A DNA stretch of 64,000 bases from Candidatus Hydrogenedentota bacterium (GTDB taxonomy: Bacteria > Hydrogenedentota > Hydrogenedentia > Hydrogenedentales > SLHB01): positions 192,001 through 256,000 of the forward strand of contig CAXXYE010000007.1 of assembly GCA_963674865.2 (NCBI GenBank), in the 5' to 3' direction. Positions 27,896-37,394 of the stretch are shown piece after piece (the first letter of the stretch is position 1; the number at the start of each line of letters is the position of its first letter). The translations under genes and the position numbers were made by a program. Under the pieces are notes generated by a model. The model had not been told where the DNA came from. It did no database searches and saw only the letters and a program-made list of their open reading frames with translations.

Positions 27896-30673
27896 ATGCT
27901 AGGTCCATTAGGCCTCGTCGTCATTGCATTGGCCGGTGCGCTCTATCCGCCGCAGCCCGGCATAACGGAAGTGCCTGCAAAGGGAGTATCTACCATGGAT
28001 GTCATCGCGAACGCCCACTGGCGTTTTGGAGGCGAACTTGGCGCCCGCATTGAGCGCAATGTAACGCAATGGCTTCTCCGCGCGCCCGACGCGAATCCTG
28101 GACTGATCGAGATGTTCAGGCGGCGCGACCGCCGTCTGCCCTACGATACGCCCGTGCCATGGGCGGGCGAGTTCGCGGGAAAGTACCTCATCTCGGGCGT
28201 TCAGGCGCTCCGCATGACGGACGATCCCAAGCTCGAAACGCATCTCGCCGCCTTCGTGGCCGATCTCGTCTCCTGCCAGGCCGACGACGGATACCTCGGC
28301 CCATGGCCCAAGGACGAGCGCCTCTTGGGCCACTGGGATCTCTGGGGCCACTACCACTGCATGCTCGGCCTCGTGATGTGGCATGACCACACCGGCGACG
28401 CCGCGGCCTGGAAATGCGTGCTGCGCGCCGCCGACTGTATCTGCGATATCTACGCCGATGGCGAACGACGTCCCATCGATGCCGGCGCCCCTCAGATCAA
28501 TCTCTCCGTACTCCATGTCTTCGGGCAGATCTACTGCCGCACCGGCAATCCCCGCTATCTTCGCCTCATCGAGCGCATCGAGGAGGATATAGCCAAGGAC
28601 GGGGACTGGCTGCGCCTTGGCGAGGCCGGTGTGCCTTACTATCAGCTTCCCGGCGGCGGGACGCGGTGGGAAAGCCTGCACATCGTGCAAGGGATTATCG
28701 AGTGCTATCTGATCACGGGGGAGGAGCGCTACAAGAAGGCCGCCGTTTCGCTCTGGGAAAGCCTACGCCGCTTCGACCGCCATCCCTCGGGCGCCTTCTC
28801 GACCAACGAGTGCGCCTACGGCTCACCCTACGCCCTAGGCGCTATCGAGACATGCTGCTCCGTGGCCTGGGAGGCGCTCACCATCGACGTTCTCCGCCTG
28901 ACGGGCGACGCCCGCGTCGCCGACGAACTCGAGCTTACCACCTGGAACCAGGTGCTCGCTGCGCAGCACCCCTCCGGAAGCTGGTGGACGTATGACACGC
29001 CCATGGACGGCGTCCGCGTGCCCTCGTTCCAGCATATCAGTTTCCAATACCGGCCCGGCACGCCCGAACTCAATTGCTGCTCCGTAAACGCCCCCCGCGG
29101 CCTCGGAATGCTGTCGGAGTGGGCCGTGCTCGAGGATGACGAGGGCCTTGTCGTGAACTTCTACGGCCCCGGCCGGTTTGATATCGAGCGCAAGAGTGGC
29201 GAGCGCGTAGTCCTAACGCAGGAAACCGCGTATCCCTTGAGCGGGGCCATTTCCATTACTGTGCAACCTACGCAGGCCGCCGCCTTCACACTGCGCCTGC
29301 GCGTACCGGAGTGGTCGCGCCACACCACCGTAGCCGTCAACGGCCGGCCTCTTGAGGCAGTCCCCGTGCCAGGTACGTACCTGGCCGTAAAGCGTACCTG
29401 GACGCCTGGAGATCGCGTGGAACTCGGCCTGGACATGGCCCCGCGCTACTGGGCGGGCGAGGAGGAGCGTTACGGCCGGGCCGCCGTCTACACCGGGCCG
29501 CTGCTCTTGGCCTTCGACGCGTTCTTCAACGAGGCCGAAACGGCAGACATGCCGGCCATTGAAGTGGATAAGCTCGGCCTCAAGCTGCTCCCGATTGATG
29601 TCGAGCGCAGGCCCGGCAAGTTCCCGCCCATGGGACTCTGGGAAGTGACAACCGAGGGCGGCGGCATCACGCTTTGCGACTTTGCGTCGGCCGGTGCCCA
29701 CGGTACGGACTACGTGGCGTGGCTGCCCGTGGCGCATGTGCCCGCGCCGCCTGTTTCCCTCAGCATTCCCGAGCACGGCACGGTGGGGACGCCGGGCCCC
29801 ATCCTGTTTCGATGGCGGGACGGCGGCCCCTACGAAGGGACGTATACGCTTCTCGTGGCGAGGGATGCCGCGTTCAAGGAGGTCGTTCTGAAGCGCGAAA
29901 GCCTTTCGACAAGTTCGCCGACGGTGGGGGAAGGGCTGAACGAGGAGGGCGACTACTTCTGGAAGGTCCTCACCGGCAATGAAAACGGCATTAGCGAGAA
30001 TCGTGACGGGCCGCGCCGCTTCCGAGTCAGCGGCAGCGCGGATCGGCCATTCTTCGCCCTCGGCGAGCACAGCCTTCTCCTCGACGCGCCCTTGGATGGG
30101 GACGGTACGCCGGCCCTCGGCCTGTGCAGCCATCAGCGCGGCCTCGAACCCGCGCCGGATCGAAATGGCCAGTCTGGGAGGGCCGTCGCCTTCGACGGCG
30201 CAACCAGTGAACTGCGATATGAGCTGCCCTTCTTCCCGAATACCGACTACACCTTCTGCGCCTGGGCCTGTCCCGAGGTATCTCCCTCCGGACTTCAGCA
30301 GATCGGATCGGCCTGGCACACCGGAATGGACGATCCCCTCCGCGTGTGCGTTGAGGATAGTCAATTGACGGCCAGGATCGAGGCGGGATCGTTCTACGGA
30401 ACGGAAGGCGTGCATTTGGAGAACGGCGTTTGGGCCCACATCGCGGCCGTGAAGCAAGGCGAGACGCTGACGCTCTTTGTTGACGGCAAACCGGCGAAGA
30501 AGGTGCGCGTCCCCGGCAGGCTCAACACGAAAAGCACGCAACTCGGCATTGGCTTCAATCCGCTTTTCGACGGAGGCGAGCGCTTCAAGGGGCGCCTCGA
30601 TGATGTCGTGTTCTACGCCGAAGCGCTTTCCCCCGCCCAGATCGCGTCCATCTACACCTCAGGCAAGCCCTAG
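27896..30673 (+). CDS. Secreted GH127/GH146-like (beta-L-arabinofuranosidase family) glycosidase with C-terminal LamG domain
   Basis: GEFAGKY, ETCCSVAW, LNCCSVN.PRG, QET.YP.SG, LRVPEW; LamG W.HIAAV..G..L.LFVDG...F.G.LDDV; ATG 27896 after AAGGAGG. Confidence 0.85.
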   Translation: MLGPLGLVVIALAGALYPPQPGITEVPAKGVSTMDVIANAHWRFGGELGARIERNVTQWLLRAPDANPGLIEMFRRRDRRLPYDTPVPWAGEFAGKYLISGVQALRMTDDPKLETHLAAFVADLVSCQADDGYLGPWPKDERLLGHWDLWGHYHCMLGLVMWHDHTGDAAAWKCVLRAADCICDIYADGERRPIDAGAPQINLSVLHVFGQIYCRTGNPRYLRLIERIEEDIAKDGDWLRLGEAGVPYYQLPGGGTRWESLHIVQGIIECYLITGEERYKKAAVSLWESLRRFDRHPSGAFSTNECAYGSPYALGAIETCCSVAWEALTIDVLRLTGDARVADELELTTWNQVLAAQHPSGSWWTYDTPMDGVRVPSFQHISFQYRPGTPELNCCSVNAPRGLGMLSEWAVLEDDEGLVVNFYGPGRFDIERKSGERVVLTQETAYPLSGAISITVQPTQAAAFTLRLRVPEWSRHTTVAVNGRPLEAVPVPGTYLAVKRTWTPGDRVELGLDMAPRYWAGEEERYGRAAVYTGPLLLAFDAFFNEAETADMPAIEVDKLGLKLLPIDVERRPGKFPPMGLWEVTTEGGGITLCDFASAGAHGTDYVAWLPVAHVPAPPVSLSIPEHGTVGTPGPILFRWRDGGPYEGTYTLLVARDAAFKEVVLKRESLSTSSPTVGEGLNEEGDYFWKVLTGNENGISENRDGPRRFRVSGSADRPFFALGEHSLLLDAPLDGDGTPALGLCSHQRGLEPAPDRNGQSGRAVAFDGATSELRYELPFFPNTDYTFCAWACPEVSPSGLQQIGSAWHTGMDDPLRVCVEDSQLTARIEAGSFYGTEGVHLENGVWAHIAAVKQGETLTLFVDGKPAKKVRVPGRLNTKSTQLGIGFNPLFDGGERFKGRLDDVVFYAEALSPAQIASIYTSGKP

Positions 30674-30789
30674 ACCACCAGCTCTGCTGATGGCTCAGTT
30701 GCGAGTCAGTGTGTAAGGCGGATCATAATCCGCCGAAAAAGGTTCTCCGTGATATCGCTCGTCTACATTCTAACCTGCGCTGGCCGGAG

Positions 30790-31395
30790 TCAGAACCGCA
30801 CCTCATATCCGACGCATAGGTGCGGCTCCAGGGGGTGGTCCTGGACGATGTCGAACTTCTCTTTCACCAAAGGCCATTCCTCGGGCAGGCAACAGCAATA
30901 GACGTACTCAACGCCGATGTGGGCCTCATTCATCCAATCGGCGATCTTTTGCGGAGCGCGCATCCGGAAGCGATAGTGCCGCCCGATCTCTTTCATGCCC
31001 AGGCGAACGTAGTAACGCTGGGCCCGCCGCTCTTGCGTCCAGTACTCCAGTCGGTGGTAGCCCTTGCGCTTGGCGTCCTCGACGGTGGCCTCGATGAGCA
31101 TCTTGCCGATGCCGTGGCCTGCGTACTCCGGTAGCCGCCCGAATTCAAGGACGTATCCGCCCGGGCTGTCCCTCAAGAAACACAGCTCGCCGACGGCGTT
31201 CTCGTACTTGGTGTCCGTAAGCCCGACGATTTTCCCTTCAGCTACGACGACAAGCCGCGTCGACGGATATCCCTCGTAGGCCGGCCGCTCCTGAATGGTG
31301 TAATTCCAGGCGTGAGAGATGCTCATGATGATCGCATGAACGCGCATCCACTCCTGCTCATCCTCCGGCCGGTATTCGCGTATCTCGATCTCCAT
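30790..31395 (-). CDS. GNAT-family N-acetyltransferase
   Basis: IREYRPED, PEYAGHGIGKMLI acetyl-CoA motif, AQRYYVRLGM; start reset to ATG 31395 (TGATG). Confidence 0.85.
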   Translation of the reverse strand: MEIEIREYRPEDEQEWMRVHAIIMSISHAWNYTIQERPAYEGYPSTRLVVVAEGKIVGLTDTKYENAVGELCFLRDSPGGYVLEFGRLPEYAGHGIGKMLIEATVEDAKRKGYHRLEYWTQERRAQRYYVRLGMKEIGRHYRFRMRAPQKIADWMNEAHIGVEYVYCCCLPEEWPLVKEKFDIVQDHPLEPHLCVGYEVRF

Positions 31396-32465
31396 CACGC
31401 CCCTCCGCACTCCGTATCCTCTCTGCCAAGCAGTGCCTCCGCCTCGCCGCTCTTGCCGAGGGCCTCGGCCGCGTGCCGTAGATTGGCCCGCGCATCGCCG
31501 TAGCCGGGCCGAAGTCGGACCGCTTGGGCGAACGCCGCGTAAGCCCTTTCCCGCTCGCCTATCTCCCAGAGGATCGCGCCCAGATCGTTGTAATTTCGCT
31601 CAAGCAGCGGGAAAGCCGCGATGGCGTCCTTGAGAAACCCCAGCGCCGAGGCCATGTCTCCTTGCGCCAGGGCAGCATGGGCACGCTCGTTGAGCTGCCG
31701 GGATTCGAGGGCCGCGTCAGTCCGGTGCTCTGGGCGCAGGCCCCATTTCTCCGTGTAGCGCTGCTCATTCGCGGCCATGAGACTCCGCCACTTCTCATCG
31801 GTTAGTCCCATGCCAAGGAAGGTCCGGCTCCCATAGTGGAAGACGAACGCGTCCTCGGCCACGCACAGCCGGTAACCCGCCTGGCGCACGCGCAGGCAGT
31901 AGTCATCATCCTCGAAATTGCCCAGCCCATACCGCTCATCGAGCCCGCCGGCCCGCTGCCTTACCTCATCTCGAATCAAGACACAAAACGCGACGAGACG
32001 ATCCGTGTCGCGCACCCGCCCTTGGCAGCGTTGCGCAAGATCCTGCGAAAACGCCTCCACTTCAGTCATCGACGCGAATTCGAGGCCGTCGATTTGCTGG
32101 CCTCCGGAGACGCAGTTGCTACGCGGCCCCACCATGCCGATATCGGGCGCTTGCAGCAGTGCCTGCTCGAGCCGGCCCAGCCACCCCGCCGGTAGCAGCG
32201 TGTCGCTGTTGAGAAGCAACGCGTGCCCCGTGGCCCTCGCAAGGCCGAGATTCACCCCGGCGGCGAAGCCAAGGTTTTCGGCACTGTGTACGGCCTCGGC
32301 CCCCGGGACAGCGTCGAAAAACTCCGAGACACCATCCGTTGAACCGTTATCCACCAGAATAAGCCGGTAGGCCCGGCGCGTGTTGGCCGTGATGGACGCG
32401 ATACATTGCCGGCAGTACTCGAGCTGGTTGAAGGCGGGGATAATGATGGAGATCGGCTCCGGCAC
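31395..32465 (-). CDS. GT2 glycosyltransferase with C-terminal TPR
   Basis: SIIIPAFN, LVDNGSTDG, NLGFAAGVN, LLNSD, GNFEDDDYCLR; TPR YNDLGAILWEIG. Confidence 0.9.
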   Translation of the reverse strand: MPEPISIIIPAFNQLEYCRQCIASITANTRRAYRLILVDNGSTDGVSEFFDAVPGAEAVHSAENLGFAAGVNLGLARATGHALLLNSDTLLPAGWLGRLEQALLQAPDIGMVGPRSNCVSGGQQIDGLEFASMTEVEAFSQDLAQRCQGRVRDTDRLVAFCVLIRDEVRQRAGGLDERYGLGNFEDDDYCLRVRQAGYRLCVAEDAFVFHYGSRTFLGMGLTDEKWRSLMAANEQRYTEKWGLRPEHRTDAALESRQLNERAHAALAQGDMASALGFLKDAIAAFPLLERNYNDLGAILWEIGERERAYAAFAQAVRLRPGYGDARANLRHAAEALGKSGEAEALLGREDTECGGA

Positions 32466-32468
32466 GGC

Positions 32469-33410
32469 TTACGCCAACCGTTCGCCCGGCCGCGGGCGGC
32501 CCCACGGGGCGGGCCATATCCACGGTACAGGGCGTTTCGTGTATGCGCGGACTACCTTGACGCTTCCCTTCCCGGTGGCGATGACAGGTATTGGGGCCGC
32601 CTTTACCACTGTGCCGGGCGCTGCTTCGACCGGCGCGTCCTCCAAGGATACTTGGAGGATGTATACCGTGTTGCCGCCATGTTGGAAGCGGGCTCGTTGA
32701 GAGGGGAGGCACGCCCGGACAAGCCTATCGATCTCGACGGCCGGCTTCGCCCAGTCAATCCGGACTTGTTCCTCGTTCAACTTCTTGTCATAGCTGGCTA
32801 ACGCCGTGTCCTGCGGTGTTCCCTGAAGCCCCTCGGACTCAATCCGATCCACGAGCTCCACGATGTGTTCCTCGCACGCGCGGGCCGCATTTCTGTAAAC
32901 GGTGAGGGCCGTGTCTTTCGGGCCGATGGGGAAGGCCACTTGCTCGAGGATGGCCCCCGTGTCGATGTCCTCGTCCATCACGTGAAACGTGACGCCGGTT
33001 TCCGCCTCGTCGGCCAATATGGCCGCCGTGAACGGATTCGGCCCCCGGTGTTTCGGGAGCAGGGAGGTATGGGCGTTAATGCATCCCACTTTCGGCAAGT
33101 CCAGCAGTGGCTTTTTGAGGATGATCCCAAATCCGGCGACGATCAACAGATCGGGCGCAAGCTCCCGCAGCGGAGCGAGTTCTTTCTCGCTCATCTTGTC
33201 AATCCAGAGCACGGGAATGCCACGCTTCATCGCCAAGGACAGCGGGGTGCCGCCGCCCGTCAGCCGGCTCAGAAACACAAACAAGCGCCGGTTGAAGCCG
33301 CGGTTCGCGCGCCCATCCTGAAGCATTGCCACGACCTCATGCCGGCTTTCCAGCAGCGGTCGTGCGATGTGAACGGAGAGTTGGCCCGAGCCTGCAATGG
33401 CGATCCGCAT
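32469..33410 (-). CDS. Formyltransferase, Fmt/ArnA-like (divergent from canonical Fmt)
   Basis: INAHTSLLPKHRGPNP, GVTFH.MD..IDTG, IDW.KPA..I.R.VRA; N-terminus AGSGQLS instead of the Fmt FMGTPDFA. Confidence 0.85.
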   Translation of the reverse strand: MRIAIAGSGQLSVHIARPLLESRHEVVAMLQDGRANRGFNRRLFVFLSRLTGGGTPLSLAMKRGIPVLWIDKMSEKELAPLRELAPDLLIVAGFGIILKKPLLDLPKVGCINAHTSLLPKHRGPNPFTAAILADEAETGVTFHVMDEDIDTGAILEQVAFPIGPKDTALTVYRNAARACEEHIVELVDRIESEGLQGTPQDTALASYDKKLNEEQVRIDWAKPAVEIDRLVRACLPSQRARFQHGGNTVYILQVSLEDAPVEAAPGTVVKAAPIPVIATGKGSVKVVRAYTKRPVPWIWPAPWGRPRPGERLA

Positions 33411-33413
33411 TCG

Positions 33414-35129
33414 CTACGACTCCATGACGGCGCGATACCAAGCGAAGAACATCAGCAACGCCCAGAACTGCCGCCTTCGGTAGACATTGTGTGACGCGGC
33501 CCGCATCACCTGCTCAACGTAATGCCACTTGAAGAGGCCGGAGGCCTCCACCCTGTCCTGTGTGACGATCTGGCGGGCAGCCTGCTCGATGACGTGTACC
33601 ACCCGCCCCTCTTGAGGCACGCGGAATCGACGTTGAGCGCGGAGACGCACCGAGCCCGGCAACCGGCCCCTCATGGCGACCCGGAGGAGCGGTTTGGTGC
33701 GAACGCCGAATTTCGTTGCCGAGGGCAGGCCCGTCAGGAAGTCCACCATGGACTTCCGCAGATACGGGAATTCGAGGCTTATACCGTGTGCTGCGGCCAA
33801 GCGATCGCACTTTGTTAGCAGCAAGTCGGGAAGGTACACGCTCAGATCCAACGACAGGAGGTTCTGCGTCAGATCGGCCCCGGCGAAATGATGCGTGAGA
33901 ATCGAGGACACGCCGCCGCGATCGTGTATGGCTGCCTTCATGGCGTCCGTGTAGAGGGCTTCACGCTCGCCGTCATCAAACACGGCCAGCAGCGAGAGGT
34001 AGGCGCCGAGGTCATCGTGAATCGACGAGAGATAGCGGCTTGCCCGACGCACGAAAGCATTCGGCGGCAACGCCGGCAAGATCCCGCTCAAGAACGTGGC
34101 GGGGACAAGGCGCTTCGCCCCTTTCGCGTGTTCGAGAAGGCGGTAACGTGGATAGCCCCCGAGCAATTCATCGGCGCCATGCCCCGAAACCGCCTTATCC
34201 GTGTGCTTGCTCACTTCCTCGAGTATCAGCCAGAGCGGGAGAACGGAAGCATCCGCGATAGGCTCATCCAGGCAGGCCGCCACCTTTCCAAACGTCTCCT
34301 CGTTGAGACGCCGTGCCCTTCCCGCTACCAAACTCACTCCAAGGCGGCGCGCCGATTCGCGTGCCAGCCGCGTCTCTTCTTGCCACCCGCGGTCGAGGCG
34401 GACGAAGATGCCGCGGCTCCTCGGCCTTGATACGGCCAGTGCCGCGCAGTCCAGGCCACCCGACCAGAGCAGGTCTTCTGCCTCCGATGTGGCCCCCGCC
34501 TCTTCGAGCAGGCCGCGCAGCGTATCGGCCGCGGCGGGCCGCTCCATGGGCCGGGTGGACAAGTCGAACGACGCGTATTGCGTTTCCGTCAACGCCCCGC
34601 CCGCGAACTCGATGACAAGCCCCGCGGGCGCCCGCTGAACATCCTGGATGATCGATTCGCGCCCTGGTATGCAGCGCAGCGAAAGGTAGCGATCCACGCT
34701 CAACAGGTTGAGGTGCTTCTTCAGCAGTCCGCACGCAAGAAGCCCCTTCAGTTCCGAGGCGAAAAGCAGGCTATCGCCGCGTTGAGCGTAATACAGGGGC
34801 TTCGCGCCCAGGCGATCTCGAAACAGCCACCACCGCCCAGGCCCGAGTTGCACCACGGCGGCGAAGGTTCCCTGCAAACCAAGCCCGCACGCGTCAAGTA
34901 CGCCCCGGCAATGGGCTCGGAGGTCCTCGGGGGTGAGGGGGGCGCCGTTTTCATCGCGTACAATCCCATCGACAAGGCAGGTTTTGGTTCCCTTGCCGCA
35001 GGTCCACGCCACGGAGAAGTCCGTGCCGTCGGCCGAGTTAATCGGCCCGCCGCGGTGTGCCATGGCGTTGGCCATGGCCCGAGCCGCCGCGCCGTCACGC
35101 TTTCCCAATATGCCGCAAAGGAGGCCCAT
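33414..35129 (-). CDS. Asparagine synthetase-like ATP-dependent amide ligase
   Basis: HRG, RDRLGAKPLYY, FASELKGLL, SGGLD, DEPIADAS, SGHGADELLGGY; no Cys at position 2. Confidence 0.85.
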   Translation of the reverse strand: MGLLCGILGKRDGAAARAMANAMAHRGGPINSADGTDFSVAWTCGKGTKTCLVDGIVRDENGAPLTPEDLRAHCRGVLDACGLGLQGTFAAVVQLGPGRWWLFRDRLGAKPLYYAQRGDSLLFASELKGLLACGLLKKHLNLLSVDRYLSLRCIPGRESIIQDVQRAPAGLVIEFAGGALTETQYASFDLSTRPMERPAAADTLRGLLEEAGATSEAEDLLWSGGLDCAALAVSRPRSRGIFVRLDRGWQEETRLARESARRLGVSLVAGRARRLNEETFGKVAACLDEPIADASVLPLWLILEEVSKHTDKAVSGHGADELLGGYPRYRLLEHAKGAKRLVPATFLSGILPALPPNAFVRRASRYLSSIHDDLGAYLSLLAVFDDGEREALYTDAMKAAIHDRGGVSSILTHHFAGADLTQNLLSLDLSVYLPDLLLTKCDRLAAAHGISLEFPYLRKSMVDFLTGLPSATKFGVRTKPLLRVAMRGRLPGSVRLRAQRRFRVPQEGRVVHVIEQAARQIVTQDRVEASGLFKWHYVEQVMRAASHNVYRRRQFWALLMFFAWYRAVMES

Positions 35130-35578
35130 TAGAAGACCTTCCGCGTATCGAGCAGCAGCGTCACCGGCCCATCATTCACGAGGCGCACGTCCATGTGCGC
35201 GCCGAACCGGCCGCAGGCCACCGGAATCCCTCTTGTCCGCAGGCCTTCGATCACCGCCTCGTAGAGCGGAATCGCTGACTCGGGCCGTGCCGCCGTACCA
35301 AAAGACGGACGCCGTCCCTTGCGGCAATCGCCGAGAAGTGTGAACTGAGAAATGGCCAGGATGCCCCCATCTATATCCTCAACGGACAAGTTGAACTTAC
35401 CGGCCGCATCCGTGAAGCAACGCAATCCGGCGATCTTCTGAGCCATCTGCTGGGCGTCGTCCTCAGTATCTTCCTCGGCCACACCGAGGAGTGCCACAAG
35501 GCCCTGTCCAATCTCACCCAGCGTTTCGCCATCGACGGACACGGCCGCTTCGGAAACCCGCTGAATCACGGCGCGCAT
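35129..35578 (-). CDS. dtd: D-aminoacyl-tRNA deacylase
   Basis: [34 protein letters not shown]. Confidence 0.97.
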   Translation of the reverse strand: MRAVIQRVSEAAVSVDGETLGEIGQGLVALLGVAEEDTEDDAQQMAQKIAGLRCFTDAAGKFNLSVEDIDGGILAISQFTLLGDCRKGRRPSFGTAARPESAIPLYEAVIEGLRTRGIPVACGRFGAHMDVRLVNDGPVTLLLDTRKVF

Positions 35579-35736
35579 GCTCGGAGTTGCCCTTCCCGTG
35601 TCTTGAAATCCCTTCCGAAAGTCTAGCAGGCGCGTGGGGAGCGTTCAAAAGCCTTTGTGAGCCGTGTCGGCTTCGCAACGGCCCTTCCGCACGGCTGCAC
35701 GCCGTGGACCCGCCGGTACGGCAACGCTATACTCGT

Positions 35737-35838
35737 GTTCTCACTCGCAATTGACGTTCCTTGTCTGTAGATGAAGAAGCGAAAGAGAGGGACCGACACA
35801 AGCGGAGCGAAGTGAAGACGTGTCTGTCCCTGCTTCTC
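35737..35838. repeat. Divergent copy of repeat family A
   Basis: GTTCTCACTCGCAATTGACGTTCCTTGTCTGTAGATGAAGAAGCGAAA leader, then GGGAC...CTGTCCCTGCTTCTC, collinear with 283-393. Confidence 0.7.
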
Positions 35839-36024
35839 AGGCTTTGCCGTTCCGGCGTCAATGAATGTTCTGACAGAATGGAAAGCATCCGTAGGATGGT
35901 TGGAATCAATTCTGTAAATCATGTAAATCATGTCCAAGAAGGGCTTTCCGTTGGCCTCTTTCAAGGTTCTCCCTCAAACCACTAGCTTTGCCGTTGGCCA
36001 CGGACCGGGATTCAAGGTATCGAC

Positions 36025-37203
36025 GTGAACGACACACAACTTGGCCGGGACATGGGATTCCTCGCGGGAAACCTGCCTCACCGTGGTTCCAATACTACGA
36101 ATGAGCGTGCTGCGGCCGAGTACATCCGAGGCCGGTTCGCCTCCCATACGCCCGACACCGAGTTGGACGAGTTCCACTCGATCGATGCCGCTTACGTCCT
36201 GTTTTCCTCCTACTATGCCGAGTTCTTCATCGTGGCACTCGTGGCCCACTGGTTTCCCCGCGTTGGGCTCTGTTACGGCGCGGCGGTCTTCCTCGCATAT
36301 CTAGCGGAGTCTATGGGATACAACCTGTTCGCCCGGCTGTTGCCGCAGTTCGAAACCCAGAATGTTGCGGCCCGCTTCCTCGCGACTCATCCCAAGCGGC
36401 TGCTGGTCGTGACCGCCCATTACGACACCCCCAAAGCGAGCTTCCTGACGCGCCCCGGCCTTGTGCCCTGGGCGCGTGCAGGCCACCTGCTCATCGCGGC
36501 GTGCATGCTCCTCGTCATGATCTCCTGTGCCGCCGGCGCCCTCCATCTTTTCTCCGCGTGGACCTTTCCCATCGACGAGGCCGTGCGCTGGTGCGCCGTG
36601 GGCGTGCTGCTTTGCGCCTCCGGCCTGACGCTCTACGCCGGCGCCTCCGGGCAGGACATCCGCGGCGCCTCCGGCAACGCCTCGGGCGTCGCCGTGCTCT
36701 TGCGGCTTGCAGAGCGGCTGGCGACGACCCCGCTCGAAGAGGCCGACGTATGGCTTGTTGCCACCGGAAGCAAGGAGTCGTGGCTCCAAGGAATGCACCA
36801 TCTTTTGGCCACCAACGAACTCGACCGGCGACACACGTATTTCCTCAATATCGACCACGTCGGAGGCGGCCGGCTGTGTTATATCGAGGCCGAAGGGATG
36901 CTCCGCCCGTTCAAGGCGGACGCGGAGATGCTCGCCGCGGCCCAGGAAGTGGCTGAGGAGCACGGCGCCGTGCCCCAGCAGTTTCGTTGTGGCGTGACGG
37001 ATGCTTTCCTGCCGTTGGCGCGCGGCTTCAAGGCACTGGGCGTCATGGGACTCGACGAGCGTGGCCTGCCGCCCAATTTCCGCTGGCATACGGACAAACT
37101 GGACATGATCGACCATGACGAGGTGGCCCGGGCCGCCGGTTTCGCCGAGGCCGTGCTGCGCCAAATCGCCGCCGGTGGTGCTCCTGAGCGGCATACCCAG
37201 TAA
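36025..37203 (+). CDS. Membrane-embedded M28-family peptidase homolog
   Basis: AHYDT, GASGNASGVAVLL, ATGSKE, NID.VG, WHTD; about four TM helices. Confidence 0.8.
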   Translation: MNDTQLGRDMGFLAGNLPHRGSNTTNERAAAEYIRGRFASHTPDTELDEFHSIDAAYVLFSSYYAEFFIVALVAHWFPRVGLCYGAAVFLAYLAESMGYNLFARLLPQFETQNVAARFLATHPKRLLVVTAHYDTPKASFLTRPGLVPWARAGHLLIAACMLLVMISCAAGALHLFSAWTFPIDEAVRWCAVGVLLCASGLTLYAGASGQDIRGASGNASGVAVLLRLAERLATTPLEEADVWLVATGSKESWLQGMHHLLATNELDRRHTYFLNIDHVGGGRLCYIEAEGMLRPFKADAEMLAAAQEVAEEHGAVPQQFRCGVTDAFLPLARGFKALGVMGLDERGLPPNFRWHTDKLDMIDHDEVARAAGFAEAVLRQIAAGGAPERHTQ

Positions 37204-37316
37204 GCGGCTGCCTATATCTTGCGGGCCTTCGGCGACGTAATGCGCCATGTTGTGGCGGCCTTCTCATTGGCGTGTCTCCGGCCTATCTTCCCCCCCGCAT
37301 CCAGGCCCCGACTAGC

Positions 37317-37343
37317 TAAAGCTGCGAGGATTTCTGCCGATAA
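37317..37343 (+). promoter_or_regulatory. Sigma-28 (FliA/SigD-type) promoter
   Basis: Exact consensus TAAA-N15-GCCGATAA, 51 nt upstream of ATG 37395. Confidence 0.8.
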
Positions 37344-37394
37344 ACGATAGCGAGAGGGACTATTTCAGGCGTACGATCCATCGGAGCACGTACA

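Noticed and set aside
33414..35129. Lasso peptide cyclase
   Set aside because: No B1/B2 (RRE/protease) genes or precursor peptide nearby; the context is glycosyl/formyl transferases
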